In this document: piece by piece, positions 63,842 to 64,000 of the stretch
Position numbering within the stretch: position 1 is the first letter of the stretch
Layout of the letters: every line of letters starts with the position of its first letter
Source of the DNA: Octopus vulgaris
Taxonomy: Eukaryota
Direction: 5' to 3'
Assembly: GCA_951406725.2 (NCBI GenBank)
Contig: OX597831.1
Coordinates: 26,412,001 to 26,476,000 of the forward strand
Length of the DNA stretch: 64,000 nt
The notes under the pieces: generated by a model
Database searches by the model: none
What the model was told of the DNA's origin: nothing
Seen by the model: only the letters and a program-made list of their open reading frames with translations
Position numbers and translations under genes: made by a program

Positions 63842-64000
63842 TATACATGCATATATAGGTAAAGGATGTCACCAACAGTGCAAATAACATGAACTATGTA
63901 AACAAATGAGGGAAATATATATATAATGCTATAGAAAGCAACTTGAGTGGGCCAATAGTATACATACACATTAAGATGAGTTATTGCTTTGCTGGGTGAT

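Overview
AT-rich, repeat-dense eukaryotic DNA, most likely an octopod (Octopus) intron or intergenic region; the organism is inferred from the SINE repertoire, not shown directly. No host protein-coding exon, rRNA, true tRNA or CRISPR array could be supported. The window holds dozens of copies of four SINE-like families (labelled A-D here), one full-length decayed mariner, other Tc1/mariner remnants, RTE and CR1-like LINE fragments, hAT and TTAA/piggyBac-like MITEs, two non-autonomous Helitrons and many (TA)n/(CA)n/(GAT)n microsatellites. Two less obvious patterns stand out. First, there are several minimal type-I hammerhead ribozyme (HHR) motifs of the Penelope-associated kind, mostly next to (TA)n tracts and often inside fold-back palindromes; one sits behind a tRNA-derived Pol III head (48603-48912). 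Second, there are recurrent short insertions copied from sequence 1-4 kb away, several flanked by direct repeats, including an interleaved mariner/RTE mosaic at 836-1896 and copies that preserve pre-insertion alleles. Coordinates were read by eye and repeat ends may be off by several bases.
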